DNA of 63,184 nucleotides, filler included, from Kipferlia bialata (lineage: Eukaryota), in the NCBI GenBank assembly GCA_003568945.1. It is 3 parts of 3 records of this genome, joined end to end, with 100 filler letters (N's around TTAATTAATTAA, not from the genome) between each part and the next. Parts side by side here need not be neighbours in the genome. Positions count along the whole stretch, not along the records: positions 21,509 to 51,810 come from BDIP01000124.1; 2 more parts are not named here. One strand, written 5' to 3'. The notes beneath the pieces are model-generated. The model made no database searches. It was not told where the DNA came from and was given only the letters and a program-made list of their open reading frames with translations. Below, piece by piece: positions 24,601-39,600 of the stretch. A program made the position numbers and the translations under genes. Numbering within the stretch: the first letter of the stretch is position 1; the number at the start of each line of letters is the position of its first letter.

Positions 24601-27600
24601 CAGTGTCCACTCTAACAAGGGGGATTGGGGAGAGTGAGAGCAACCAGAGTGCGGGTGGTGACTCTTCTACGCGTCTCTTTGTCAATGAGACTCTGACCCA
24701 TTGTGGTGCCATACACGCACTGAGCCAGGCCCTGCCCTCTATATCACTGGACTCTGACCTATGTGTGCACTTTGACGTGTCGCCCTACAGCCACGTGTTC
24801 CTCCTGCACTCAATTCTCACAAGGTATATGCCAATGACAATAGTTCATGATTTCTACATTTAAGCTTTCATTTCTTCTCCCCACCTTCACATATATGTGT
24901 GTATATGTCTCACCCTCAGGCTGCTTCTGACTGGGAGTGTGTCTGACCCCAACGGTGTCTTCACCTTCTCCCCCTCCTTCTGCTCCCCATCCAACCAGGA
25001 CAACAGGCTCAACCTGTATCTGGAGATGAACAGTGCTTACCCAGAGGCACCGGCAGGTATATATGGTTTACAGTATATATGCAGATAGAGACAGAGAAAG
25101 GGAAGGCGTGTATAATGGTATATGTCCACTATCTCTTTACCCAGAGGCACCGGCAGGTACATAATAATAGGATATTTTCTATTCACCCATGAAATTTTGA
25201 CATCAATTAATGTGTTCACACCGTCTCTAACCCCTAAGTTGACTCTGTGCCCAGTGACCTTGTTCAGCACTATGCAGTGCCACTCTATGCCAGTGAGGGA
25301 GAGAGACGTACCTACTCCCCCACCAAGATCTTCGATACCTTCCTTCCCTGTCTCCAACTGGTATATGGTTCCACGGTGTCTCAGGCCAATAAGGAGAAGG
25401 CCGGCAAGAAGAGGTGAGAGGGAACCTGTTTCTAAATCGTTTCTAAGTAGTGACTGGTACTTTATTTCTCTTCCTCTGTTCGCTCACTCTCCAGGTTTGC
25501 CGACCAGCGTCTCCTGACCCAGCTCCCCCCTCTCTCCCCCATCATGCCTCTGGTACCTGAGCACAAGGCGGTATTCACTGCATGTGACAGGTGGGACACA
25601 TCAATATTTCTACATACCTGTATATATATGCTTATGCTATTATGCAATCCTATATCGAAGTTGTTGATTTTGTGACATAGCATTCTAGTGTTAATCTTTA
25701 CTGTTATATCTGACCCCAGGCTGCTCGACCTCTCCCAGCGCCTGCATGACCGACGTGAGAAGACCTCCCACATCAGACAGGAGGTGGCATCCATACTGGG
25801 TGGAGAGGGAGAGGGAGAGACTCAGAAGAGTGAGGATGGAGAGACACCATTCCCCCAGCTCTCTGCGTTCCTGTTCCCAGATGACACAGAGGGGGTGGAT
25901 AGGGTCCTGCCCAACATGGGATCATTCTCAATGTTTGTGGACGTGCTGGCTGCATACCTCAGGAGCATTGTGCAGGTACACACACATCTATATAGCTGAT
26001 TCACTCCACACTGCAAATGGCATTTGTATATATACATATCTCAGCATTGTAGTGGTTGAGCTGTTATCTTCACCTCTCACACCCAGGTTGATGCTGTCTA
26101 TACAGTGCATGGTCTGTTCCATGCCCTAGTTGATGTGTCGGTGTCACTGGCGCTCGCATCCGTCACAGGTACATTCATTACTGAATATTCATATTCAATA
26201 CTGATTAGCAACGTGAACTGCGTGGTATATTATAGACTCACCTCAGGATCTGAACTGTCCTTCAGACTGTTCTTTGTGTCTGAGCAGGGTGCCCACATCA
26301 GAGAGCAGCAGAGGGAGAGGGAAGGGGGGGTGGAGAGAGACGGGTCAAGGGACATGCGTGGGATGCCAAGCATCTCTCCCTCCTTCTCTCTCTCCTCCCT
26401 CTCACACTCCTTCTTCAGCACTCCGTCTCTCTCAAGGTATTGGCATCTCCTTAACTGCCTTACATGTACTTTGACCTTGTTGTACAGTGTATCTTACTAT
26501 CTAGGAACCCCTCCAAGGGCAAGACCTCTGGTACCCCCCCTGCTCTGCTGAGGCCTGCCCTGGTGCAGCTGACACAGGACGCAGAGTGCATACCAGAAGT
26601 GCTGAGGTATGTGAGTGTTATGTGATATTGCAATGCGAATCCTATCAATGTTCAAGTGGAAGAGACTCACCTTTAGGAAGTATCTTGAGGAGTGTGTCAT
26701 CGAGGGTGACAGGGACCTATCTGCATCCAGCCATGGCATCCTGGCCCTGCTCAGCCCAGGTATGTATATATGTATTTGTGTACATATATATATATGTGAA
26801 TATAGTAGATATAGCTATGCAATCACCCCCCTTACGCTCAGGGCGGCCCAAGAATGACCAGTGTGTGATGCACTTCAACCTGGGACAGGGAGAGGCACAG
26901 GTGTGAATGTTACGGTTTACAGTATTAGTTCATATATACACTGCGGGTCCCTTGTGTTAATGTTACTGACACCAGGATGTCATCCTGCTCCGTCTCGTTA
27001 GCTCTCTCTGCTCCAAGAGTGAGAGATACGTCACAAAGGTACATTCTTTTTTCCAATTCTCATTTAGGGACATGTCAATATACACTGTGTATTCACCACA
27101 GGTCCTTGAGAAGTACCAGTACTGTCTGACCGTGCCCCATGTCCTAGCTATCCTAGACTCCATAGGGGGAGGGGCCTCTCTCTCCAGTGCTGGTCCACTG
27201 ACACCTCCCACCCCTATGGCTGGGAGAGAGAGAGTGGAGGAGGTGTCACCTATTGCCACTCTGCACTCTGGGAGGGCACCCTGCGGGAGGGTGTCTTACG
27301 GACACACGGGGACAGGTACACTTTACAGTATAGCTATTCATTGCGTATGTTCCATATATATGTGTATTTCCTTAACACTAGGCAAGAGCTCCCTCCACCT
27401 CATTCTGGCCGAGCTGATGCGTCCTGAGAAGAGTGTCAACATTGCATCCGTTATGAGCACCCTCTCTCTCTCTCTGGCCCGTACTGTGATTGGTACCGAG
27501 GCTGAGAGGGAGAGAGACGGCAGTGGTGAGGCGTGGGTGGTGCCGGGCATACACACCCAGCACAGTGTGCCCAAGGAGAGTGAGAGGGGGGAGGAGAAGG

Positions 27601-30600
27601 GGAAGGGTGCAGAGGCGATGAGGGTGTTCAGGGTGAAGCTGCCCCTCCTTGCCTACCCCTCCGATGAACATGGAGAGGGAGAGGGAGAGTCTACTCTTGT
27701 CCAGCCATGCTTTGAGATATGTCTCACTGAGAAGGCAGTGGGAGTAAGGACAGCCGACAAGAAGGGGAAGAAGGGGACCAAGTACTCGTACAGGTATTGT
27801 AAAGTGTATAATAGTAATTGCGTTGAGTACGTGTTGTACCCCACCTGACTCCTAGACAGTCCCTCACTAGTGGCGCTATGCAAGACCTGGACTCTGGACA
27901 CCTCCTGGAGATCATTTCTTTCGCTGGAAACCACTTCCTGTCCCAGCTTGCAGGTGTGCACTCTTCACAATACTCTTTGTCCAATATATAGTATCTCTAT
28001 CGGTTAACCCTAGGAAACGAGAGCCTTGATGTACCTGAGATACTGAGGGGACGGGCCCGCACCCACCCCCCTCTCTCCCCTGCCACGCTCTCCCTCTACT
28101 GCATAGTACCCAAGAGGGGCATGCTGCCTAGGTATTGTGCCCTCACTACATATATATATACATTTTCAATTCCAAAGTGACTAAATATAAATTGACAGTG
28201 TCTCACTTCAGACCTGCCGACACCCGCTCTGAGGTTCTGGCTGTCGGTGTGTCTTCTGACGGGAGAGAGTCTTCCCAGAGAGACACATCCATGGACGAGA
28301 CCAGTGGGTCTCTGGAGCGTGGCCACCTTGGCAGCACTTCTATTGTGCAGGCATACGTATACGATGGGGACCGTGCCATTCCCTTGTGCGATATGCTGTG
28401 CACCATGTGTGCCACCGGTGACAAGAAGTGAGTGTTCTTGCAATTATTTTGGGATGCCGAATCAGTCAGAGGGGTCTTACTCCATTGGACATATATTGAC
28501 ACCCAGGATTCCCAAGTTCAGGTCTGGTGTTGCTGCCGAGCGTGTGCTGAGATCTAACGAGACTACAGTCCTGCACGTCATGCCAAGGTGAGTATGGTCA
28601 TCACGTTCTACTTTGACATCACCATTGTACTTATGTCTCCATCTCTTCTGACCCGTAGGTTTGAGCTGCTCAAGCCCAGGCACAGCATTGACCACGAGTT
28701 CTCTCCAGGCTCGACCAGTGAGACTGGGTGTGGATGCACATCCTCAGCAGCACACTCTCCTCTCTCCGCCCTCCTGTCCTCTTTCATAGCCGGCACCCCA
28801 GATGCTGGGCACAACCCCCACCTGCACTTCTCAAGACTTCTGGATACTCCAGGTATGTGTATAGATGTACTCACTCCTATTTGTGTATAGTGGATGCTTT
28901 CTCTCTTATCTGTGCGGTGTTTGACACCAGCCACCTCTGAGGCTGCCTTCGATGAGCTCTGCCGTGCCCTGGACTCTCTATCTGAGCCCTCTGGTACTGG
29001 GAGTGTGCTCTCTAACATTGGCTCTACACTGGATGCACTTGCTAAGCAGTTCCATTCCGCCAGGGACCTATCTGGAGCACCAGAGACAGAGCTGGGGAGA
29101 GAGCTGCTCCTACAGCTCTGTGCATCTGCTGTTGTGCCTAGGTACACCTACTAATTCTCCCTAGTACACTGAGTATCTTCCCTCTTTCCCTCTCCCTTCT
29201 TCTCACTTCCCAGATACTTCCACATGTGTCTGGACGCTGGCTTCTCTGGTCACACCCTCACTAGGAAGCTGGCAGTCTTCAACCAGCTGGCATCACTCTA
29301 TGATCAAGTGAGTTCCACTTCAATCTATATTGGTGTGGTATCATTCTAGTCGTATATTGATATGCATCTGACGCTCAGATCCCTCTGACCCTGTTCTTGG
29401 ACGAGGTCAACTGCGTGTTCAAGCCAGGTTCGTGCACATATAGTAATACTGCCATTAGTACATTTGGTCACTTACTCTCAGGTGCCATGAAACACCTGAT
29501 CCTGGATCGGTGCTTCAATGGGGAGTCTCTCTCCCCCTCTGTCTCTGTCGTGGGTGCTGTCAACCTAGGACCAGGGGCCCTCTCTGGCTCCTTCCAGAGC
29601 ACTGACAAGGTTGACACCCAGATCGGGGGTCCCAGGACCAAGTCCCTCACCCTCAACCGCCCCCTCTCCCTGTCTAAGAGGAAGACGGGCAGCAGGGCAG
29701 GCAGCAGGGCAGGAACACCGGGGACTAGACCCCTGTCGCTAGGGTCAGCGGTAGGCACTGGAGGCACTGGTGGCTTTGGGGCTGACCTATTTGCGGCCCT
29801 TCCCTTCGACGAGGCATTTGATGATGTGTATGCAGTGTGCCCACTCAGTGCATCTCTCAAGGTGCGGATTTTCAGACGTATATACACATGTATCTCTACT
29901 ATAGAATAATTCGACCTCACTCCAGGTCATTGCACGTCCATTCCCCGAGTTTACCGTGTCTCTTGCCGCCACATTTGTGCAGTCACTGCTTAGGTCCTAC
30001 CAGAACGAGGTGGGAGCTCATAGTGCTTCTCTTTTCCATTCTCTAGTACAAGTAGTACATTCATAGTGCTATTCCTTCAAGTATCTTAGCACCGTCTCAC
30101 CCCAGTCTCGGCGTCACTTTGGGGTCAAGAGTCAGGGCATGAGCGATGCTCTGTCGGCTCTTGCCCAGGTGCTAGAGAAGGATAGAGAGAGGGACAGAGA
30201 CCCCTCTGTTCTCCATGCCCCCGAGGGTGTGTTGAGGGGAGACACCCCGGACGATGATTCTGCGGCAGTGGTGTCTGACGATGATCTCTTCTCTGTCCCA
30301 CCCCTCACTAGTGTCATCACTGGGCTGATCTCTGAGTGCTTCAGATTCCTGAAGGGATCGTCCAGGAGGATTCTCAGCATCAGATCAATCAGGTGATTCT
30401 TAATCACATGATACCAGTGTGTTTGTTTCTGTTCAACTGATTCTCACCCTCCAGCCGCTGCATTGCGATAGCTGCCCACCTCCGTCTTACCCTCCCTGCT
30501 CTGGACCCCCAGCCTGTCGACACACCCAAGTCTGACTCCTTCACAGTCACTGTCGGAGAGAGAGAGAGAGACAGGACAGTCGAGGCATTCTTCCTGGCAT

Positions 30601-33600
30601 GCCTTGTCGAGTTTGGACTCGGCCTTGTTCCCAGCGAGTACGTTAATTCTACCACTACTCATTTGCATTGATTGGACGTACTTGGTCTCATTCTAGGTAT
30701 GACCGCCTGGTCTCAGCTCTCTGTGCCACCAAGGTTGATGGTCGCCCTGTCCGTGATCACCCATCTGCCATGAACATATCCCCATCCGGTGCGGATGCCC
30801 TGTTCCAGTGTGTCTATGCAGGAGTAGGGGTCACAGTGCCACAGGGCATGGTACGAGTGTATATATATACGCCCAGTGATATTTAAGTATAATCCTTGTA
30901 TATGCAATGATGCATATAAGTGCTTACGTTAGGTATTGACCCCCCGTCATCGCATGGCTGTTGTTGCCCTGTCTCTGTCTAGGGATGTCGATGAGTTCCC
31001 TGTTCTCCTAGTAGGACACGAGGGTGAGTATGTACATTTATACCTAATATACATGTATAGTCATATTTCCACATTACTCACTTTAGGCAAGTCTCTGGCC
31101 TGGTCTCTCTTCACAAGCAGCACTTCATGTGCAGAGTCGAGTGCCAGCCGCTCCCCCTGTATATACCCCCTCCCCGAGTCCATCCCTGACCCTCTGTCTG
31201 TCAGAGACGTCATATCCCACTTCATCAGTGGAGATGGGTGTGTCTCTGCTGCACAGGAGGAGAGACAGACAGATAGGCCACTTCTGCTGCTAGAGGGTGC
31301 AGAGGCAGTCCCAACAGGTACTCCTTTTGTTTTACTTTTGATTTATGTATCTCTTGTTTTTGTTAGAATAGTATATGGAGTATTGGAATACACTTGTTAC
31401 ACTCACGTATCAGGTGTCTTCCGCGAGGTCTGCTCCACCTTCGACTCCTTCCTAACAGTGACAAGCCACACACCCCTGGACCCTACGGTGCAGAACAGGT
31501 GTGTGGCATTGATTATATCTTTCCCACTCATAGCCATCAAGAATAGTCATTGATGGTATATCTTACCCCCAGGATGCTGGTTGTTTACATGCCACAACCA
31601 TCAGAGGCTGACCTTCGCAACACTCTAGAGGCCAATGGGTGAGTTATTAAGCCATTCCACATTGTCATTCTCTCACTCCAGTATGACCCCCGTGGACTCT
31701 CTGATGACGCGGTACTCAGGCCTTGTCACAGCCTCCCACTGCTTGTCACTGGTAGATGTGGCAGAGCGTGTACCCGCCTCTGCCTCCCCGGGTTCCCTGT
31801 CAGACCTTCTAGCCTATGTGCAGCACCCCAATGTGCCCCAGCCCCGCCCTGCTGTATTGGTCGACACCTCTGCCAACGTGTCTCTATTTGATGTCCTGTC
31901 CGTATGTCAGAGAGACAGTCCCCTTAGGCAGCACCACCCATTCATAGGGTCAGCCTTTGACCTCGATGCACACTCAGCACCTCTCAAGAGAGTGTACGAG
32001 TGCATCAAGGGGGGGACACCCTACATCACAGGCATGTGGCACAATTGTACTGTGTCTCTCTTCTTTGTGCGACTATTCGTCTTCCTGACCCCAGTTGAGT
32101 CTTCAGTTGCCAGTCCTCTAGCTGCCTTGCAGGCATCTCTCATAGCAAACCCAAGTTTGAAGGTATGTGTGGTATCGTATTTGTACTATTTGAGATGTAC
32201 ATTGGGTTAATTACCATTTCCCCTAACTCCAGGTTCTGAGTGGCAGAGAGGAGTGGGGTTCCCCCTATGGATCTAGGTCAGATGGAGAGACAGATACCCC
32301 ATCTGTCATGATTCTAGCAGAGCCACCATCAGAGCGTGAGACACACAGATACAGGTACAATACTCATTCATACTAACCTAATAGAGGTGGGCTATTTCTC
32401 TTGTATATCTTGTCTCTCACCATAGGATGTTCTCTGCTGGCATATCAGATGCAACTGCCCTTCTCTTGGCCTCCATGCCAGCACCCGTTGCCATAGTGGC
32501 CAAGCACGCACTGTCTGCATGGAGAGGTATCCATAGTATACATACTAGTCTTTGAATACCTTGTATGTATTGTTGTATGTGTAACTCCTATTCACACCCA
32601 GGCTTTGTGGATACATTCTCTGAGGGCACCTTCTGTGGGTGCTGTGACGACACTTTAGACTCACTACTGCTGTGTTGCTACAGAGACGTCAGTGGGGTGT
32701 TCTCCCCTGGCAGCAACGCACCCAGCCTTTCAGATATCAACATGTCACAGGATGACATTATGAGGCACTTCGTGTTCCCCCACCTCAACATGGGAGGGGA
32801 CACCGGAGACGGAACGTACTTTGAGGTGAGACTGACTAAAACATAACGTTTTCTGTTGCTGATTCAGTGTCGTTCTCACTACTTGTATTCCTAACCCCAG
32901 GTTCTTGCCACGTACCCGAGTCTCATTCTTCCTACTAGTGAGGAGGTCCCTTGTGAAGTCTCAGAGGCCGGTGAGTTTCTATCCCACTAACCAGTGGTTC
33001 TTTCCGAATACTCCTTTGGGCCTCTTCTTACTGCCCAGGTAGCCGTCTGGCTGTGCGTGGAGTCGTGGAGCTCCTGACTCTGTTGGTCCCAGATGCTCTG
33101 CTGATAGGTGAGTGAGTGTATTACTATCATAACTGAATGTCATGCGACACATCCACTTAATACTATATTTATATGAATATGTACACTAATGTGTGGATAT
33201 ATTGGTTGGAGATCTTACCTCCAGGTGATCCAGATGCAGAGTCAGGAGAGGAGGTGATTGCGTCTGCCCAGAACCAGCTGGGGTCTGCCCTCCTGCAGCT
33301 GTACCTGTCATCCTACTCCCACTATGGAGTGAGCAGTATCCTTAGGGACCTCTTGGTCAGGTGAGTACTGTACTGTTTACAATACATATTGGTTCTATGG
33401 TGAGTATCATAGTAGTAAGAGTCGGTACTACTCTCCCTCTCTCGTGTCTCTGATGCTCAGCAACCACTCCGCTATGGATACCACTGAGACTGTCTTCTCT
33501 CCCTTTGAGACAGACAAGAGTCCAAACAGTCCCACAAGACTCAACATCATCACTCCTAGGTGGGCCAGCATGATATGATATTTGACACTATCTGCTCTAA

Positions 33601-36600
33601 TGCATATCTAACTATGGATACCTCTTAACCGCTACTGATGCTAGGCAGACTGATCCCACCTCCATGTCCCCTGCAGACGTTAGACGCAGCATGTACGCCA
33701 ACCCAGTCCTCAAGGCATTTTTCAGGTATTGAAGATAGAGTGTGTATTTCTATTAAAAATGATTTTTCAGTTTGTGTTCTGAATTCATACAGATATCTCA
33801 CCTTTAGGTCTATGTCTGGCTCTTCCAAGGAGGAGCGCGTGAGTGTCATGTACCTGACATCCGACCTCTCTGCCGCAACTGTCGAGAGGTATCATATATA
33901 ATTCTCTATCCTATTTCTTTCTATATGTTTATGTCTGTGTCTTCTATATCTTCCCAACTGTTGAATATTGTGTCTGACCTTGATACCTCTCTTACTCCAG
34001 GTATGTGTCGCAGTGGCTGGACTCTGCCTGTGAGGGCGAGGCAGACTCTCTGCCCCAGTGCCTTGTCTGGATGTGTGACCTGGCAGAGATAGAGCCTGCC
34101 CATGTCAGAACACTCAGGAGGATCATTGATCAGGTATTGGACTTCTAGTAGCATTAGAACTGTATATTTGTTTAACTCCTATTTGTCTGACCCATTAGGC
34201 TGTGTCTTCTCGCCTTGCTGATGGATCCAACCTCTCAAGTGCCTATGTTGTGTGTGTGGCATTCACACCTAATGACGATGCTGGTGACACTAGTGAGAGG
34301 GATGGAGAGGGAGAGGGAGAGGAGGAGAGAGAGACACTGGATGTCATGTTCCACAGGGACTGGCGCACAGTGTTCACCTCAGACTCTTTCGACAGCCTCC
34401 CAACACCAGGTATGCATATGTATACATATTGAAACTTTACTAATTCTGTGTGTACTACTATTCTCACTGTATGTGTCTCTTACTTCCCAGGCATCCCCGT
34501 TGCCAAGCTCCTTCAGACCGTTCTCAAGCAGAGGCAGGATGCACTAGACGGGTCCACCCAGACAAAGACAGAGGTGCGATATCATTTGCAGTCACTTCCC
34601 TGCGATATCATTTGCAGTCACTTCCCTCGTTGTTAATGTATGCAATACTCTATTCACCCCAGGATACCCATCTTCGTGTAGACAGGATCGTCTCACTGAA
34701 CCTGCCATACGTTGTGGACAAGCTGCCAATCGCAAAGTTCGTACTATGTCACTCTCTTCACTCCCTATACTGGGTATACTGTGCGTTCCTTTGTTATCAT
34801 CATGTTGACCCCTAGGTACCGCTCCCAGTGCACTGTATCCACCTCCATCCTGGTCCAGCCAGACCCATATGCGGCAGTTCTAGCTGCTGTGCAACTTCCA
34901 TGTGTCAGAGGCGCACTGACTAGAGTGCTGACAGGACTCATCGGAAACACACCATTCGGAGACCTCATCAGGTGAGTACCTACACACTCACTACATAGGA
35001 ATTGTGCTATAATTGTATATATTGTTGCTTACCTCCAGAGATCACGTCGATGAGCGCAAGAGCCACCTCATGCCGCTTGCCTCTGCCCTCCACAGTCTGC
35101 AGACAGGGGTTGTACTATTCCTCACTCTGGCAGTGCACGCCCTGCTAGAGACAGGTATGTACTTGGACTTGGCATGTGGAGTATATATTCATGGATACTT
35201 ATGTCAGGCGACCTTGACGCCCTTGTTGAGTTCCACCACAACGTGACCCCCAGCACTGATATGGGACATACTTCTATGGTGTATTCACCTACCATCTGCT
35301 CCTCCGACAACCACCGCCAGCTGGGTGTGATTGAGGACATGCTGGGATGTCTCATCCAGCACCATGTCATCAAGAACCACACCAGTCTGCTGGGACTCAG
35401 GTAGGATGCATCCCAAATTTCTTACCTTCTCTTGCATTGGCAGTTCATGGGTATGCTATGTTCTTTGACTCTCAGGCACTCTGTGACCAACATCACTGAC
35501 GGCCACCCCCTGCTTCGCCCCATTGCCCTAGCCGTTCTGCCACCCTACCCTGGTATTGGGATGCTGTACGATATGATAGCAGAGGTCAACAAGCAGAGGT
35601 TAGTGTCTTCTTACTCTGATGCTCCTGACTGACGGCTTCTTTTGATTCTCATTTGTCTCTCTTTAGTGTCTGACTTCAGTGGCCTTCTGGTCCCGGCTGA
35701 CATCCTTGCTGCCTACATTGACTCCCCCACACCCCCAGAGGACACAGACTCTGAGGCTGGTGAGGGAGGGAGTGAGATCGACGCTGTGCTTGAGAGGGTG
35801 ATGGTTGTGGTGGCCAAGGTCTCTTCCATTGTGGGTATGGATAACCTCCATGCCATTCTAAGTCTGCCAGGGTTCGATGACTTCTCCCTCGAGTACGTTG
35901 CTAGAAGGACCCTGCTTCCAGAGATGTTTGCAGAGGTAGAGGCAACTCAGATGGAGATGGGCCCTATGGAACCAAGACCACTGTCTAGACCACTCATGTA
36001 CCTGTCACAAGTGCTCAGGTATTATGAATACCACATTACTATAACTATTGAATATCCCCTATATCCTCTATCTTTTCTCTGTGTGTATGATGTATTTGAG
36101 AGCTTCTCTACTCACCCTCAGGTGGCACCTCACCTTCTCCCCCCTGTCTGTACTGCAGTCTGTCAGCTACAGACCAGTCCAGCCAGGCACTGCTGTGCAG
36201 GTGGAGGATGCCAAGACTCTACAGCTCAGGGCAGTCCACTGCTCAAACCTCTTCCTCGCACACGGCCTATTCTCATGGGAGAGGTATGACTGCACACTAA
36301 TATTACACTGATATTTGAGTGATAGTTTCTATTGTGGGACACATTGTCCTAACCGTAGGCACCCATACTCCGCAGTGTGCGAGGTTCTTCGTGACCTTGA
36401 CCTGCTGTCCCCTATATACAGCACATCCTCTCCCCTGGAGACAGATGGGGAGGACTCGCCTCTGTCCCCTACCCAGAGCATTGGAGATGTCCCAGGTAGC
36501 CCTCTAGTAGTGTGTGTAGCGTGCATTCGTATCCCTGTATGCACAATACTACGATATGACATATGTAATGTTTTGGTTTAGAGTATCCCTAACTCCCAGC

Positions 36601-39600
36601 TAACCCGAGTCTATCTGCGGCTGAGATGATCATCCACACCCTAAGTGAGGCCATACCCCACATAGCAGGGGACTCACACCGGCTAGGTTGGTGGTTCAGT
36701 ACCTGCGTGTTTGTTTCTAAAGTATATATGCGCATTGACACTATTTGGTTGTCTGTAGCTCATTTTCATTCTGACTCGCAGGACTCTGGGTCAGAATCAG
36801 TGCAAGACTCTTGGATACTCTCAGGTGAGTTTGTCATTCTTGATTATAGATCAAAGAATTGTTTGTGTTATTATTCTCCATTATATCTTGTCAACCCTCG
36901 GCTTACTGTATTTCTTCTGACTCCCAGGTGGATGGGCATCTTCACCGACACTGACAGTGTCCATGGAGACAGGATACCCCTGGCAGAGTCGAGAAGGGTG
37001 GTCGCTATCCAGCAGGTACGAACACATAGTTTATTAAGTATTCCTATTTACGCGCGTGTGTATTGTATCTTACCGTTAGGCCCGTGCTCTCATCACTGCA
37101 TCCCTTGCTGCCAGTGAGTACAGTACCCTAGTGAGACCAGTAGAGATGCCAGGGAGGAATGTCGAGGTATGCATGTGTCTCATGTATACACATTGCAACT
37201 AATTACTACAATTCATTTATTCAATTAATGAGTTATGTATTTTGGAGTAATATTTACAGTACTACAATGTATCTCACTCCAGACCCCTGCCTCTGTTGCG
37301 GCTGCCCTCACCTCTCTGCACTCCTACCTAGTTGGTACAGGCGAGATGCTGGCACCCCATGTACCCAAGGAGTGGGGCAGGATCATGAGAAGGGCCATGG
37401 AGGAGACAGGTATGGAAGCCTGAAGTACCTGCATACAGCAGTATACAACACAATAATCCCTCGCCCATAATTTGTGGAGATGATTTGGAGGGGACAGGTC
37501 GAGTGTTGTGAATGCATTGAGTGTATAATTATGAAACGTGTATTGTATAGTTTTGCTAACCCCAAGGCAGCTGGCACCTAGGCCTGGTCCTGTCCACTCT
37601 GTTCAGCCTCGACCTCACAGGGGACCTCTACATGGGTAAGATATTGGTACCTATACCATGAGTAGTAACTATATAGCACTCATTCATCTGTTGTAGTGTT
37701 TACCCCCAGGTGCTGCCCAGAAGATGCTCAATACCTTACAGGACTGCGTCCCTCTCAGTTCCTCATCGGCCACTCTCACAGCCATATTCTGCTTGTTTAA
37801 CGGCATATACGACTTCGAGGTTAGTAGTTCTCATTAACAATTCAGTTTCTATTGAGAGTATATAGTTGCATCTGTCGCTATCGTCTCAATACTAATGCTT
37901 AGGACGTTGTTGTGAAGCCCCTTCCCGTGCAGTTCTGCACCACATTCCTAGCAAAGCTCTGCCCGGGCCTGGCGGACCTTAGCAGGTGAGTGTGGACTTC
38001 AATTGTATTGAACTTCGTCTTGCTAATGATTGTTTTCAATGCTCTACTTGGAATCTCATATTGCTGTCAATTACCCTCACACCAGGGATGCACTGGTCTC
38101 TGTCATTGCCCTCTCTGTGACAGATCAGCTGCAGGAGTCCATGGCTGGGGTGGGGGGCAAGGTGAGGACGAGTGTGCGTGGTGTTACTATTATTCAGTCC
38201 TATTTTCATAGATCTAACTCCCAGTGCGTGACTGACTCCGGTGTCCCCATGTCCTACAACTCCCTGACTGCCTTGTTGATGCTGCACAAGGCACAGCTGA
38301 GGAAGGTGGTGGAGGACACGCCCATGGAAGGTATGCTCATGTATCCTGTATGTGCAAGACAACACATTATCATTGTTTTCTAGGGCACGCCTGCTGTAGA
38401 TAATATACATATATGGTGTTTAGTTGTTTCGTTACAATTCCACTTCCTTTCTGATCATTCCCATGTACTCTTCTACTTACCGCAAGGCCTCACCTTCTTC
38501 TTCTCTTCCTTCTCTCTATTGTTTCACTGACTACTAGGCCTCACCATTCTGGGTCAGATTGTGCAGAACCACACGGCAGAGGGACCCAGCAACGTGCACA
38601 GCTCTGAGATGCAAGTGGTGGTCAACGGTAAGTGCCATATGCACAACTGTTTTAGTTTCTCTTTACCTTCTTTTTACTCTACTATTACTTCTATTTGGTG
38701 CATTCTGAGTCTTCGTTGTTTCTGACCTCTAGCCTATGTCAAGTGCGTTGTCCCCTTCCTAGTGGGTGTCCTTGTGGGCACGGCCAAGGGAAACGACACC
38801 ATGCTAAGGACTATATGCAGCAGGAGTGCCGTTGTCACCTTTGCTCAGTTATCCCGCCAGGTACAGTACTATACCATACAGTATAGTTGCATTGATAGTG
38901 TTTTGTATAGATACAGTGTTGTGGGACAACAATGCCTATGCCCCCTTTGTGGCTGACCCAGTGGTCTCTTTAGTATTTTACCTAGATATATAGCCGTCTT
39001 ATGTATTCATATGTGTTAACCCTAGGCCTGTGTCCACTTTGTTGCCGGTGTTGCTGAGCTCTGCGGCCACTCATCAGATGACGCATCGGCATATCTGTTG
39101 GAGGACAAGAAGCTATACGTCACCTTCACACGGGTGTCACAGCTGCTCGGTGAGTAGTATATGTAAATATATATTGAACACCATATATTGTTGTGGAAGG
39201 GGTCCGTCTCTCTCCTGACCCCAGGTTCAATCTCCATTGGAGCCGAGTCTCGCACCCCCACTTTCCTACCAGCCTACATGTGCAACGTCGGATCGCAGCT
39301 AGAGTGCGTCTTTCTACTCTCTTATGGAACAACCCCGCTATAATCCAAATAGGATTACTTGGATAACTATTGTCTTCCCTCACCTCAGGCGTCAGTGGGA
39401 GTCTTTCTACAGGGCAGTCAAGGGATGTGAGACAGCCAAGCAGATCAGGGAGGCAGGAAGGGACCAGAGAAAGGTATAGTTGCATCAATATATGTATAGG
39501 AACAGAGGAAGCTATGTAATTGCCTGAAGCACACCTCCAGTTTCGCACTTATATGTCATCTAGTTTCTACTTGTAACCCCAGGGTGGTCTCACAGCCGAG

